From Iphione sp. A-MEVVRFRX5 (taxonomy: Eukaryota), in contig OZ320317.1 of the NCBI GenBank assembly GCA_976226885.1, positions 31,372,001 through 31,436,000 on the forward strand: DNA of 64,000 bases, given 5' to 3'. The notes under the pieces were generated by a model, which was given only the letters and a program-made list of their open reading frames with translations, had not been told where the DNA came from and searched no databases. Position 1 is the first letter of the stretch. Every line of letters starts with the position of its first letter. The position numbers and the translations under genes are program-made. Positions 49,641-63,435 of this stretch are shown here, one piece after another.

Positions 49641-52269
49641 GGTCGCCTACTGGCGACCTCTGCGAAGAAGTAGAAATAACTGTAAAGCTACTCAGCCACC
49701 CCACGGGCCATCGATGGCGGTAAGGTCGTCAGGGCTAATGGAAGGTTTGAAGAATGTAGGAGCATAGGAAGCGAGCGGATGATTCATACCTGTCTGGAAT
49801 GTGCCAAAATATACTCCCGATACACTGCATTATTATTGTGAAAATCTATCGGGGTGTCTTAGATACGCCGAGGGAAATTTTATTGTAATAAAACATTTTC
49901 CATTAGGGATTCTTCAAATTCATTTCATACCTCAAGTGCGTAATATAGATGTTTATGCCTCCGGATTAATAATATAACAGCTAGACTCCACTCAACATTA
50001 CCCTTGAGTTACTCCCCTCGTCTTCCGTAAAAAATCATCTCAGGCGTATACGTAAATTCATTTAACCCAGCAACGCCCATATTAGTGTGTAGTATGGGGT
50101 CTCTATTTCGATCAGACATCTAATCAGTCTCGCCCACATCCATGTTTTGCATCTCAAAAAAATCTGAGAAAATTAACACCTTAATGGGGGATTGGGCGGT
50201 AAAGGCCTCGGGCTAAGGCGTCAGCACTTTGCGTGCTCAAGGTAAGACTCTGCTCTATCGGCCAATATCTGGACTATTTTCCTAGAGATCCGTTCCCGTG
50301 AAGGAATTAAATTAGTGTTTCTCCGGCTGGGACCCTTCTGCAATATTTCAGCTATCCTTACTTCCATCTACCGTTGGCCGGTTACCTTTGTCCAACTTTC
50401 CCCTATGAACGGGGTAATGCTTAATCGATATCGAGGGATATTTTGTCCGATTTCCCATGTGGATGGTCAGACTAATGCATTATTGATATCTAGGGCAAGT
50501 GGTGCATAGCAGAGAAGAAATCCAAAAGCTTCTCGAATTTCATTTGAAACACCCACAGTTGAAAACCGCGTTTCAAATCTGTCATCATTTTAATCATGCT
50601 GGTATTTTCCTGGTCTATAGGATGATGTCGGCGCTTATCATACAGATGAAAAGCGACCATCAATTCCCAAAATTAAACAACGTTTGTAAAACAACGTTAT
50701 ATTCATATCCCAGGCCTTCAAGCATCGGCCAAATAAACAAAACACAAGTACCCGTCTTGTAGAAAACTGCCTGGCAAAGGCCGTCCAGCACTCCTGTTTT
50801 GAGTTGTAGACAAGTGTAGGGATATCTTTTATCTAGATATATGACCTGGCGAGCTGGTTATGAAGAAGGACGTAGCAGGATGTAGGTGTAAATTGAATCA
50901 CGCATCAACATTGGTAAGAGGAGGCTTTTGGCATATTTGCCTATAAAGATAATACATTGACTATAAATCACATTACGATAAGCAATCCTCACAGACGCCA
51001 ATCATGCTTGCTTAGTTCAGAAACTGGAAGATGTTTACCTTTAACGGCTTCCATGTGAATTTACTCCTTAAAATACATATTGGACTGTCCTTACCTCCTG
51101 AACAGTCTTGCGCGTTTATTCCCAGTATGAACAGTAGCGCTATTTTCAGTCATCTACCATATGGAATGCTTTATTCAACATTCATCCCGGTGTATATACT
51201 GTCAAAAACGTCAGACGTTTTTGCTGTAGTGTCCATAATTCTATCTTAAGGTCGTGCCGAGAGCTGAAAGTTGTCGCTTTGTACTCCTGTTTTTGGCTGT
51301 GTATCTGCTAGGTCGATAGACCCGGATCAGTGTGAAAAGAAATCCTTTCCTCGGGTCAGTCAAAGTGTTCAGGCCATAATATTCCTGTAAGCTGCTCGTT
51401 TTATGAGTCGCTGGGCGGCCTTCGACTGTCAAAAGGATGTGGCAGTGCTAAAAGAGGCGCCGGTCACATGATCAATAGCCTATAATGAGTCCTTCGAGTA
51501 CGGACTCCACTTGCGCATGTCCGGCCAAGGGTACGGAAATCCATAATTCCGAACGACCGGCCAAGGGGTGGTGTGGTCGGTTAGGGGACGGCGGGGGCTA
51601 CACGGCAGAGGGATGCCAGGTTAATCACATCCTCCTGGGTAGGAAGCGTACGTGGGGCCAACGGTGATGTGTCAGCGGTGTCACATGGCCTTGCGAAGCG
51701 GAGCGGGGGCCATCGCGGCACAACACAGCATCAACTGGAACCTGTTTAGGTTCTATATTAGCCAGAGGTGAAGACCGAGGACAAATCACGTGTCAGCTCG
51801 TCTCCAAACAAGAATGGCAAAATGCACAGTGCCTTTTATGTTGAAAAAAAAACTTTCCTCGGCTTTGAATAAATGGCTGTAGTTACATTGCCAGTGGGTC
51901 GAAACTACCTTGACAGAGAATGCTTACGAGTCTATTTTCTGTTGGACATATCCGTCGGTAACCTCGCCATTGGGAGCAGTAATTCAGAGGACTTCCGCTT
52001 TCCCTATGTAGGCTGTGATTGGATAAGTTGCCTGAAGGTGAAGACTGCTATATGTTTTCCTGAGTACTGAGAATTACATCCAAGGACACGCGTCTAATTA
52101 TAGAAACCTTAACACCGGATGCGAACTACTCGTCTTTCTCATCTGTATTTAGAGAGATTTTCTATCCGCTTTTCTAGCCAATCAAAGAATTATAAAAGCC
52201 CCTCTAGTGCTTTCCAATAGTACACCTGCAGTTCAAAAATTTAGATATATCTAAACCCTGTCCATATAA

Positions 52270-52600
52270 AGCCAAACAAAAATTATGTGTGTTTCTGGTC
52301 ACCCATCCCTACCTAGTAAAACCTCACCATACCTAAAGAATTTGGGGCCCAAAAGAGTTTCCAAGGCTTAATTTACTTAGATATGGGTTTCCACAACCCG
52401 TTTTGGGTAAATTCAGTAGGAAAACAACAAAATCCATGGAAATTTAGCAAAGAACTGTAAAACTCATGCAAATTGGTCCAAATTCTTTATATTATCTGGA
52501 AGGAGGAATAAAGTGGAAAGCAAATTTTAAAAAGATACCCCCTCCCTACCTAGGTTTTGGGCTGGTCATTACCAGAAACACTTTTATTTGGGGGGAGCCC
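52270..52600. mobile_element. PIF/Harbinger-type MITE, degenerate copy
   Basis: agccaaacaaaaattatgtgtgtttctggt ... accagaaacacttttatttgg. Same size and ends as the 57511 and 63109 copies. Confidence 0.55.
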
Positions 52601-52963
52601 AATATGTGTCAACAGGTGATAAGAATTTTGGTGATCAATTCTATAATCGTCTTCATGATGCACCACAATTTGAAATGCTTTATGATGCCAAAAAACAGAA
52701 AGACATAAACATTTAATGTTTTAATTTCAACCTTTATCATGCTTTAAATGTCCTAAATTAATCATATGATTGGTGACATCAATCAAGGGATTAGCTGTGC
52801 ACAATCTAGTCATTCTTTGATTGTTATTTGGAGTGAGAGGAGGTATTGTCACTCACTCCTGTAACCAATTCAGTTTTCTGCTTTTATTTCAGGTGAAATA
52901 AGAGGGAAAAATTGGAGAATGTATTCATTAAGGCTGTCCCCTTCTCTTTCTAACTGTCCTTAA

Positions 52964-54951
52964 CCCTGGCCTACCAGGTTTGATGGCATTCTGAGGCCAA
53001 TTTGGCAATAGATTCAGTGGTCTCTCCCTATCTACCCTACAAGCCTGAGGAGGGTTACGGACTAAAATGGTGTGTTTACAAATGTGAGCACTTACTTTGA
53101 ATAAGCGGAATCAGGTCTCATCCCTCACCCGAGTTCTGCATCAAATATGAGTTTGTGAATCAATTTGGATCAAAAATCCCAAAATGGTCATGGACTACTC
53201 AAATTTGGCAAGAACGCTGTGGGCCTGACCTGCAACTTTCCATATAACTCCTGAGAGAATCGGTACCAGTTTAGGTGCAGGAGTTTCTCCTGGTCATAGG
53301 GACCTGTCACTTGGTACACATATTATGAGCCTGGTCAATAAGATTCCATGCAACTCCCAAGAGAATTGGGAATGTTTCGGGTCCGACTTTCAAAATGACC
53401 ACGGGATGGCAAGATTTGAGTGAAAGGCCAAGGGGTTGGCCCACAATACCCGTACAAAGTTTGAACTTAAACTGGTGAGGTCCAAGTCCACTGACTTTCT
53501 CAGGCCATGCCTGGGTTCCCTCCTCCTCATGACATCTTTGGAGTGTGGGAGTGGGTCTGAGTGTTTTGTTTCCCCTTGGTTATGTATGTGAAAGCTGAGC
53601 ACAACTCTGGGGTAATCAGAGCTATGTGCATACTGAATTGGCAAATCTGTGAGAATCTAGAGTGGAATCTGTAACTGGTCTCTGACCATCATTCAGGCCT
53701 TCAGACATAAACTCTGAGATTTTGAACGTTTTACTCAGCATGCTTCTTTGTCCAGGGCACATGCCTGAAAAATTCAAGGTTCTATGATCATCATTTTAGG
53801 ATCTAGAGTCAAAAAAACTGACCGGGCCCCTGTCAGCCTATAGGGCCAGCTAGAAGTCAAGCTGCATAGGGAGCTCGGACTCCAAACTTTGTGACATGTA
53901 TCCAAACATGGTACATGTCAGCCCAATTTCAAGGCTATACGGTAACTTCTCAGGAATCTGGAGCAGAAACACACACTACCTCCAAGCCACCCTGCACGGT
54001 TTCAGCTAAAAGTCAGGCACGCCTGGAAGATTGAACTCGCACCTTAGGATGCATCTGCACTGGGGTAAGTGCACATGAAGTTTTATGTTGCTATATTTCT
54101 CTCTGTCGGAGGTAGAACCCACTGTCCGTTGGGTCCTTTGCAGGGATTGACTGGGGCGTGATTCCCTGGGGGTGTAGCTTGGCCTACCTTTATTTGATTT
54201 CGCCAAAATTCAAGCAAAACTTTGAGGGGGGCTTGATCTATATATTTGGCAATTATCAAATTCCTATCCTTAGTGTAGAGGACACAAGGGGCAGAACACC
54301 ATGTTGTACCATCAACCTTGGGAGTTCCAGATTGGTTTGGGTCCAGAACCCCACCTTAGGTTGAGGTCTCTGGGTCCCTCCTGTTCCCATGAGAGAGCAG
54401 GTTGGGTGATACAGTATTATTCGGCATTGTCTCCTCATTTAATGCTTGTGTAAGAAAGTCCAGCTAACCCTCAGGCAGGAGCAAATGCACATGGCCTCTT
54501 CCAGGGTACTTACCAAGGCTGCCTTAGGCTGCTCAGGCCAATCTTTTGTGTTCGCACTGTCAGTTCACTTGGGCCTGTATAATTATCCTTTCTTTTAGTC
54601 TGCACCATCTCCATGTGACACCAGAGCTAGACCTTCCCCACACGTGGGCCAGCCCTATGCCACTTAGGCCCAGGTAGCCTGGCAGGCATACACCCTCATC
54701 TGCAAGACTCATTATTGTTGATATGTGCACACTAGGGACCCCTTTGAGGGCATTTGCTATGTCTCCATATGGACCCTTTCAAATATATTAGGCAGGTCGG
54801 TGTCACTGAAACTGCCCCACCTCCCCAACCTACCCGGAACGTCGAGGTACCATGTATTGTTTTTGGCTAGTTTTTGTGCAAAAATGTCACTGTCAGCACC
54901 GGGATGTGTGAGGATATCTCAAAGACAATGCAACAATACTTCTCTAGAGGG
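52964..54951. mobile_element. Possible non-autonomous piggyBac-like element
   Basis: TTAA|CCCT at 52960-52967 and AGGG|TTAA at 54948-54955 around a non-coding, repeat-like interior. The ends match only over 4 bp. Confidence 0.25.
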
Positions 54952-55026
54952 TTAATTGATTGTAATTGGCACTGATTAGTCAAATGGAGGGTTAATTGAT
55001 TGTAATTGGCACTGATTAGTCAAATG
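54947..55026. repeat. Exact 40-bp tandem duplication
   Basis: gagggttaattgattgtaattggcactgattagtcaaatg twice. Confidence 0.95.
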
Positions 55027-57510
55027 GGGACACCTTTGGTCTTAGACAATGAATATCCCTTCAAACAGTCTGTTTTGTTATGGAGGAGGTGTCCACAGAT
55101 GGATATCCTCCTGATAAAACTTCTTGTTTTATTGGTACATGGTGGAATACAAATCCGTTTTGAGCTCAATCAGCTGCATTTCATATATGGCAGTATTGCA
55201 GACGTGTCCACTGGGAAACGTTAAACTGTAGTGAATCATTTGCAAGTGTGGTTAAAAAGTTCGTTCTGAATGCAGGTCTTAGTAGTGCTTGGAATAGTAA
55301 TTTACGGCTTGCTTCTGAGCTTTTTCTTCAGGTACATCCATGTGTGAAAGATAACTGACAACAATGAGCTATTAATATATAAATAAACGATGGAACTTTA
55401 ATATTAAAGAACCCCGTGTAAACTCTGCACCGTGTCCTACTCCGACAGGTAGCAGACCATTCGCTTGAAGGAGAACCCCTCCCTCTGTCATGTCAGCAAG
55501 ACACAGGTCCTTGCTGAAGGAAGACATAGGCTCTATTTTCCATACATCATCTTAGGCGACGTTACGGGGATTTGCCTGAAAGACTGACTGACTGACATGG
55601 CTCCGGCATCCTATACTTTATGAGGGAAATGTAAGCTTACACGTTAAGATGCGTTTTGTTTGTAAATAGTCGCTTCGCTCACAAGAAATACAGGACAAGC
55701 TTTTGAAATTAGTTCTCCACGACATACCTACGTTAATGTTAAGCCTCAAACACTTTTATCCACTGATCTTCATATTTATTTGTTACGTTCAAAATGGAAT
55801 TATGATTAACTTGGCACTGGGCACTGTCAACCCACCCGGAAGCATAGGACATATTTGACAATATTAATGTTCGTGCTTGGTTACTAGGATATTTTGCTAA
55901 AATTGTTTTTTTTTGGACGAATTACGGTTAACCTGGTATGGGACACTGTTCATCTTCATGTGACATAGGACTCGTATTACCGTTTTAATGTTCTTATTTT
56001 TGTTACAAAGATGCATGCATTTTTTCCAGTATTTGGAAGCGGAATAACCTTATTCTGTAATTCAATACCTGCACGAAGTCAATGTTCAGGTGGCGTATTG
56101 CCGGTTTATTCCTAAAGGACACGTGTGGCTCCGACGGAACTCTATTTTCTGACTATCTACCGCAAGAGACTAAATTAGCTATCATTCTATTTGCTTCCGC
56201 CTTTTTCTCACATGGCCGACTCGCATGTCTTCCCTTGGCAGTCACGCCAAAAATGAGCTTTCGTCTCAATCTCCGAACAAGGACACATTGCACAGCTGCT
56301 GTCACGGAGGCCCTGATCACTGAGCCGGGTCATTGTCTTCCCTCTAGGCGTAGGCCTAAAAAACTACTGATTCTATGGACTGGGGAAAACATCCAACATT
56401 GGATTGGGCTCAGAATGGCATAAACTGTAACTATACGCTATTAGATTGAATAGTAAATAAATAAACTTTAAATTTGTATAATTACACTGATGTGGCAAAT
56501 TAAAAACAGCCATTGTGACGTGAAAACGTCACCATGCATGTAAAAATGTGAAAGAAATAGTATGGTAGCCTTATAACACTGAACTATCGCGTAATATTTG
56601 TAAATTCGTATGGTAACGTCACACTCCGTATTCAAAAGAAAATATAAAATATAATGTAATGTGACTAGGATATGAAAAAGAGAGTATTTTGACTTTTGTC
56701 ATATATACATGGTTACAATTAGACTAGATACCAGTTGTTCCTTGCTTGAATGTCCACTCTTGGACTTTGTCCAAATTGTGGTATTTCTCAAATGTGAAAT
56801 TATGACACCTTAAACGTAGTGTATTTACGATATGTATGTTGAAGGTAATTGGCTCGTTATTGTTTTCCGAATCACACTTTAAGAGGGCAATAATTGCATG
56901 TGTAGACGTTTCATTTTAGATCAAAAGTGTATACATTCCCCGGCACCGTCATTGGTGAGGGAAATGTCACTAGAGATCAGTACATTGTCAGCCCGTCGGA
57001 GACTTTGATGGAACTGGTATAAACCTTTTTATGACATGAATGAGATTAGTTGTCTGGCTTCCACAGATTGACACCGCATGCCAATCAGCGGCTAATGAAT
57101 GTTGTTCGTGAAGTGCCCATAGTGAATGGCAAGCATAGGAGGTGGTTGTTAAGCTGTGCAAACAATTTACTGGGCATCTGTTGTTGCCACTGTAAAGGTC
57201 TTTTTTTGGCTCCAGGGCTCTTGTCCTCTCTGCAATATTATTGTTCTGGAGAGGGACACGCTTTTTGCTTCATGTTACCTCTGCTCAACTTACAAGCAGA
57301 GGATCAAACAGTCTCCAATTAATCAAAAGAACTGTTTAATACTGCGTATCGCATTGACCGTGTCAATCTGTTTTTAAGTTAAAACTATCGCTTATTATAT
57401 ATTACAGTGAGCTTTACGGGAAAATAAGGCGGTCGTTACAAACAGACGTTCCAAAACTGTTCTTGTCAAGTCAATGTTCGTGACCGTCTTTTCGGGTTTT
57501 CTTCCAATTA

Positions 57511-57832
57511 GGTTAAAAAGGGATATCTGTGTTTCCAGTGGCATTCTGGTAAAACGTACGGTTGATGCATAAGTGTTTTAATGTGTTTTTTTCAATATTA
57601 ACTGATACTGAAAACAACCGAAGAAAAAGGAGTACCACTTCTATCGCTTTAATGAAACTATTCTCACATGAAAGGTAATGCTATAAGGAGCACAATGGTA
57701 TATTGCTTGAGTCTGTATCTTAATTTACTCAGACGATATTCACAAAACAAGAAGAATCAATAACAACTTCAATTTAGACTAAAATAAGGGTGTGTCGAAT
57801 TACCGGAAACCCAGCTATTTTTTTAATTGGCC
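57511..57832. mobile_element. PIF/Harbinger-type MITE with TTA TSD
   Basis: TTA|ggttaaaaagggatatctgtgtttcc ... ggaaacccagctattttttttaattggcc|TTA. Confidence 0.65.
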
Positions 57833-58079
57833 TTAACACTTCTAGCATTGACGTATTACGTGTCATTGCTGTTTTTGGATCTTCTTGGTAAGCTTGCCCT
57901 TCCAGTCTCGATTTCTAACGCCCTACAAGCCATTTTACATATCGGTAAACAGAAACCCTAAGTTATTAACCGACTGGAGTTTAGAGCATCGACATCATCC
58001 AAGTAGGATCTGCAAAATTTTGAAAGGTGATCGAGTCATTCCTGATTAGATTGTTTTTCGTTGAAAAACCTACTACCGT

Positions 58080-58270
58080 TTTCCTCGGTGCTCGAATTAA
58101 ACCCGGAGAAAACCGGCTCGAATACCATACAGGGTAGGGGAGAGAACCTCGGCGATATGCTCTGCGAACAACTTTCCTATAGTTTTAGTTGAAGACAGCA
58201 GCACAGTGGTTTAGCTCGGATATAGTTCAGTAACCATGCGCCATGCACGGACCAGTCTTGTCAGAGAGAA
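58080..58270 (-). mobile_element. SINE relic
   Basis: The minus strand carries ggttttctccgggt, a motif typical of the central domain of many animal tRNA-SINEs. Confidence 0.35.
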
Positions 58271-58329
58271 GAGAGGGAATCACCCCCGTTTCGATTAGGG
58301 CCCCTTTTCCGTGGATCGACTGTGAGAAA

Positions 58330-58620
58330 CTATATATCTTTCAGTGGTTGGCTATTCCAGTAAACGGCGGAGAAGCTCAGAAAAGATGTTAATCTAAATC
58401 GACTAGCGTCAGCTCGTTTGAAGAGCGAGAGGTAAAGGGATACAGTAAGGAGCCCATGTCCACACATACAACGATCAATGATGTCGTGATACGTCCCACC
58501 ATGGCCCAAGCACATATTGGATAATGGCATAAATTACGTTCCCCGGGTCCCTCAAAATTCACCCCGTATTCACTTCTTGCCCTGTGAAGGCATAAACCTC
58601 CCCCACATGCGGGAATTGTC
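58330..58620 (-). pseudogene. Decayed class A GPCR fragment (ECL1-TM3-ICL2-TM4), tentative
   Basis: NFEGPGERNLCH...ITTSLIVVCVDMGSLLYPFTSR ... LF*ASPPFTG resembles FG..LC / SI.TL.VISVDRY.AI.YP..R / W....PP.FG, with stops. Confidence 0.35.
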
Positions 58621-59785
58621 TCATTGTCAACCAATAGCACTTCCGCGTGTGTCTCTTATCGCCATGGGCAATACAAAAACTTATTCATGCGTATGTAGTC
58701 TGCTCTGTCAGTATCTCTGTAAAGTCCTACGAAAATGATCCGACAAACCCTTCAAAATGGACTCCATCAGAGTGTCTGTCCACTCCCCTTGCAATTTCCT
58801 GTGCTGTCAAACAATGCATTTCTTGGACCCACATCTTATCTTCTTTAGCCTGTTTATAAATGATGAAAAAATAACCCCATAATTAAAAGGAAAATATTAC
58901 CATTTAGGCATTTTTCTGCCATAAACGAAACTCCATCCTTCAACCATACTTCACAATTCTTTATAGTCTCAAAATTTCTTCTTTCAGAAATTTCCTCTCT
59001 TCTTAAATGCATTTCCGCAACCTGTCTGCCCGGCCATTCTTCTGTGTAACATTTCGAAATCGTCATTTTGGCCTGTTCACGAGCCTGTTAATGCTTAAAA
59101 CATGTCCGTATTTTGTCTTATTCATTCTCAATTTTCTTAATTGAAAGGAGGGACACATGCCCTTAAGATCTGTGATTTCACAGATCTGTGATTTCAAGCT
59201 GGGGTCAGCGCACACTTTTAATGCAGGTTACCTTTAACACCTTTCTGACTGTCCATAGGCAAATCTGCCTAATTTGGTGTGAGGCTATCAGTATATAAGA
59301 ACAACTTATTTTAAAAGTATCCATCCTAGCGAAAGAGATGATACATGTACTATAGGGTTTCAGCCAAATAACCAGACTAAAATTGCTGTTTTGTAACCAG
59401 GATAATTACCAAGATTAACTTTCCATAAATTCCATGGTAACCGTTTTTCAGGCTATCAGCGATATCGATTGCTAGTAATTCTACATAAAAAGACAAACTC
59501 AATTTATTTTCATAATGAGTCAAGGTGCTTACTCAGAACTGTCATTTAGTTTGTTTCAAACCTGTTGTTTTCTTATCTATTGTTTGAAAATATTAAAAAC
59601 ATTCAAACCCTCAAGAGATTACTTTTGGTACTTATGTTATGTAATGTACTTGTTATGTAATGTAATGCAAGTACAGTCGAACTTCCCCGTTAGGGACGCC
59701 CTGTGTTCTTCGTTAGATCGTCCGCATTTTAGACTTGGCCGGTTTGTAGATCTCTTAGTAGGATATGACATGGGGGCCAAGAAGG

Positions 59786-59958
59786 AGTCACAAAAATGCA
59801 AAATGTGACGACCAAGAGTCACAAAAGTGCAGAATTGACAACTAGGAGCCATAAAAGTGCAGAATTTGGTGACTAAGAGTCACAAAAGTACAGAATTTGA
59901 CGACTAAGAGTCATAAAAGTGCAGAATTTGCCGACTAAGAGTCACAAATATGCAGACT
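59786..59958. repeat. 31-bp minisatellite x~5.5, related to 33807-33930
   Basis: taagagtcacaaaagtgcagaatttgacgac units. Confidence 0.9.
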
Positions 59959-60188
59959 TCTGAGGCCTCCCTGCTGACTGAAATTTGCGTGACTCCAGTA
60001 GTGGCTCCAGCAGGCAAACAAAACTGAAGCTGGATAATGTTCAGACCCTCTGGGAAACGTCAATTACGAGTAGTGCTGCAATCTTGTCACAGTTCTGCAA
60101 CACCTGGATTAATATGACTTGATATGGACTATACATCCATACAGTGCCAGAGGGTCTATTCAGGACCTAACCATAGTTTGTAGCAGTA

Positions 60189-60345
60189 CAGGCCCATAGC
60201 CAGGAAGTTCTCTGGGAGGTATCGGGCGACACCCCCAATTCCTCAGAGGTGGAACATTCTAGTGACCATCTCTACTCAAGTGTATGTAGAATTTCGGAGG
60301 CTGGTTTAGGATGATACCCCCGAAACCACCTTGGCTACGGGCCTG
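60189..60345. mobile_element. Third copy of the CAGGCCCGTAGCC MITE family
   Basis: caggcccatagcc ... gatacccccg ... ggctacgggcctg, with cagta duplicated on both sides. Confidence 0.8.
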
Positions 60346-60449
60346 CAGTATGTGGTATGTTCTTTTATATAGTAACAGAGATTCCAGGAAATCTTTTTTT
60401 CTATTCTAGCATTGCTCTCTACATCAATTACATTCAATCCTTAGAAATA

Positions 60450-61350
60450 ACAATATACTGGTACATTTATGTTTAGGAACGGCTATGCATTAGTAGAACA
60501 CTTAGATTCTTTGTTAGGCATGTATTAAATTTTATTAATTTGGCACTGATGTCGGTTTTGTTATTTTTGCACTGAAGGGTAATGGCAGTCAGATCAGCTT
60601 GTAATTTGAAAGGGCATAACTGTCATTTCTATGTATTATTGGAGCTTTGTCACGGGCATACATGTATAAACTGTAGGGTGTTGGACTTGCAGCATTCCGC
60701 ATGTGACATTCGGCAGAGAAGATGACTTTAAACAATTTGAAGTGTTGCTTGTAACCCACTTAGATACCCACTTTAAACCACCTAACAATAGAGCAAATCA
60801 AAAACCTTGTTATCTGCAAGGTATAATACAATGATGTGTTTTTTCATTTAGTTTAGTGTGTATCTCATCATTAAAATCAGCAGTTGCACTTGATGAGTTC
60901 TTGGTTTTGAAGCCATTCTATCTGGAGGTGGCATTCTAGATGTAAGTGATAGATTTGTCGTAAATTACTCTGTTGAGGATTTCTGATGATGGAGGGATGG
61001 TAAATTATCGGTAGTGGTTTGGACGTTTCCTTGACCCTCCTTTGAAAAGAAGCATGATGGGTGCTGTTTTCCAACCTATGGGAAAACTAAAACGACTTGT
61101 TGAAATAACCTTTTAGTTTAATCGGTAAATGCTTGGAGCAAGACAAGTAGTAACTATTGCTTTTACAGCAGGGAGACTGCCGACAGGAAATCTGGTAGAC
61201 TTGTTTTTGGCTAGATAACTGACAAAGTATTTCTGTACATATAGTATGTTTTAGACGAAAAATTAGCAGGTATATTTAGTTGGGAAATTTAGATTTCTTC
61301 ACGGAATTTAAGAAAGAATCTAGATCTACTACATGTATTTGCAGAGTATC
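60450..61350 (-). mobile_element. Decayed CR1/L2-clade LINE reverse transcriptase fragment
   Basis: Minus strand PIGWKTAPIMLLFKGGSRKRPNHYR*FTIPPSSEILNRVI...NGFKTKNS...PNVTCGMLQ matches RT motifs WK.A.I.PI.K.G....P.NYRPISIL, QxGF and GVPQG, with many stops. Confidence 0.75.
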
Positions 61351-62619
61351 AATTTGATACATATATCAGCACTGCCCTTTACAGCGTCTTTCGTGCTCTT
61401 TCTCCTGATGCGATTTCCATTTACGGCGTCTACCTTTTGTAGATTTAAAATATGATTAAGAGCACATTTTTCGTTCCCCGTAGCAGTTCATATCCTAGTC
61501 AAAAAGTACATGTCACTCCAGACATTGGGAATACCAATCAAACAAATTGGCAAACACACGAGTATCACAACCAATTACATTTATCTTCAAAATATGGAAT
61601 CTGGCCTCGTAAATATGCATAGCGTCAGCATATTGCAACCTTTAAATAAGCCATCCCTATGAGTTGTGCACTTTGGAAAGGAAGGACAATTTTTCGACAT
61701 ATAATATTATATGAGATAGCAAAATGCTCCGAGGCTTCACGAAAGGTTTGAATTTTAATTTGTTTATTGAACATTTCCGAGGTTATATAGTATTTCATGT
61801 ACAATGAATAAGGATGAAGGTCTCATGAAATTCTTCCTTGAACACCTTGCGAACCATAATATTGCATCTTTTTTTCACATTGCATACATCTTAGGATAAG
61901 GGAATTTAGAAAACGAGGTGGCTGTAATATCATCGTCAGATTGCGCAGATAAGCTTCTCTACAAGTACACAACGACAACTTTCCTTCTATGCCTGGTGTC
62001 CCGACGAAGATTGGTCTGTACTTTGTCAATTCTGACGCTTATGCAGGTTCATTGATTTAAGGTCAACAGAGGAAGTGAGCAGTTTGCTTCCAGCGCGAAG
62101 CTGTTGTTGGGGAGGACCAGGACGCCTGTTGTAACATGACACACTGCAGGCATTATTGATGGTCTTCAGAAGAGCTATGATAAACGGCTTTCTGATGGAA
62201 GCCCAGCCTCTTTCTCTCTTTTCCTACGGGGGCTTTTTCAGAAGGTAAATCCCATCCGCTGCCACTGGCTATTAGAGAAGTGGACGAAGAATGTGTGGCT
62301 AAAAAGGTCAGACTGTTCAGTGCGGCTTTTTCCCTCTGCTAACATGGATTTATCGACGATGGACCTACATGGAGGCTTTACGATGTGCCTGAGGAAGACA
62401 ATGTGAGTCTACTGAATTTCACTAAATGCCAGATGCTATAAAACAACAGAACACTTACGAAAGGTGATACGGCTCGCTTTAGTTCCTTTACTTAGAATAT
62501 CATTACTCATAAACCCATAATGAAATAACACACGAAGTAAACAAAGCTAGGTGGGATGATTACGGAAACTGACATTTTCCAAATACAGTTAAAGACCAGA
62601 TAGCACGGGAGACAAGATT

Positions 62620-62900
62620 GGGTGGATAGACCCTATTTGGATAGAACCAAGGTATATATATCTGTATAAAAAGAGACCACAGAGAAGACCAAACCACAAC
62701 AGAGACCAGGTTTCGCCAGTCCCAGAGGGGGTCTGTTCAGCAGGAGTACATGTGTGCGGTACATGTATAAACCCATGATAACCAGCGAATATGTGAAGTT
62801 TCCAGCTCCATCGCCAAACAGAATGAGCCACCCTACTGATTTGATCCCATAATAATACAATATAATGATTGCGTAGGTGATACTGGCATTGAATAACAAC
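62620..62900 (-). pseudogene. Decayed ZIP/SLC39 (LIV-1 subfamily) metal-transporter fragment
   Basis: GIKSVGWLILFGDGAGNFTYSLVIMG (62848-62770) aligns to the TM4 motif AWMI.LGDGLHNF.DGLAIG. Downstream VLLLN and GLCCGLVF resemble TM5-6. The metal-binding H and D are lost and the HExPHE segment is disrupted. Confidence 0.45.
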
Positions 62901-63108
62901 AATATTGTAACATGACCGATTATAACAAGAGACCTAGTGTACCAAGGCTCAGAGACTGATAGAAATGAAACAATGGCTACACAGAGAAATCTAGTTCACT
63001 CCATGAGCAAAATTCTGCTGGGTTCTTCTGTCAAGATGCAGGGAGAGAATGCTTCCTTATTTAGGGAAACATTCCTTTTTAGATCCAGGCACCGCTCTAG
63101 GTAGCTTA

Positions 63109-63435
63109 GGCCTAAAAAAAGTTCTGTGTTTCCAGCAAGAAGCTGAAAAAATACAGGGTCAGTCGGTAGGTCACATTTTTTTTATTTTTCAATGTAAAAG
63201 GATCCTGACAGCAACAAATGTGTATGGTAATGTTACTTATATTAGTTAGATCTTAATAAAACTGTGTCAAATGAAAGCTAAGAACCTAAGGAACCATTTG
63301 GTGTATAAAACATGTCCCTATCATTATTCATTCTAAAGTTATTAAAAAAAATAGAAAAAAAAATAAAAAGTCATAGTGGTTCCTAATAAAGGGTTGGTCG
63401 GGTTACTGAAAACACAGCTATTTTTTGTTTAGGCC
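63109..63435. mobile_element. PIF/Harbinger-type MITE with TTA TSD
   Basis: TTA|ggcctaaaaaaagttctgtgtttcc ... gaaaacacagctatttttttgtttaggcc|TTA. Confidence 0.75.

Noticed and set aside
55150-55225. TFPSGH PAP2-like motif on the minus strand
   Set aside because: Isolated 6-mer with no other phosphatase motifs.
56082-56423. 113-aa ORF with CGSDG (Kazal/OATP-like)
   Set aside because: The remaining Kazal cysteines are absent and no splice context was found.
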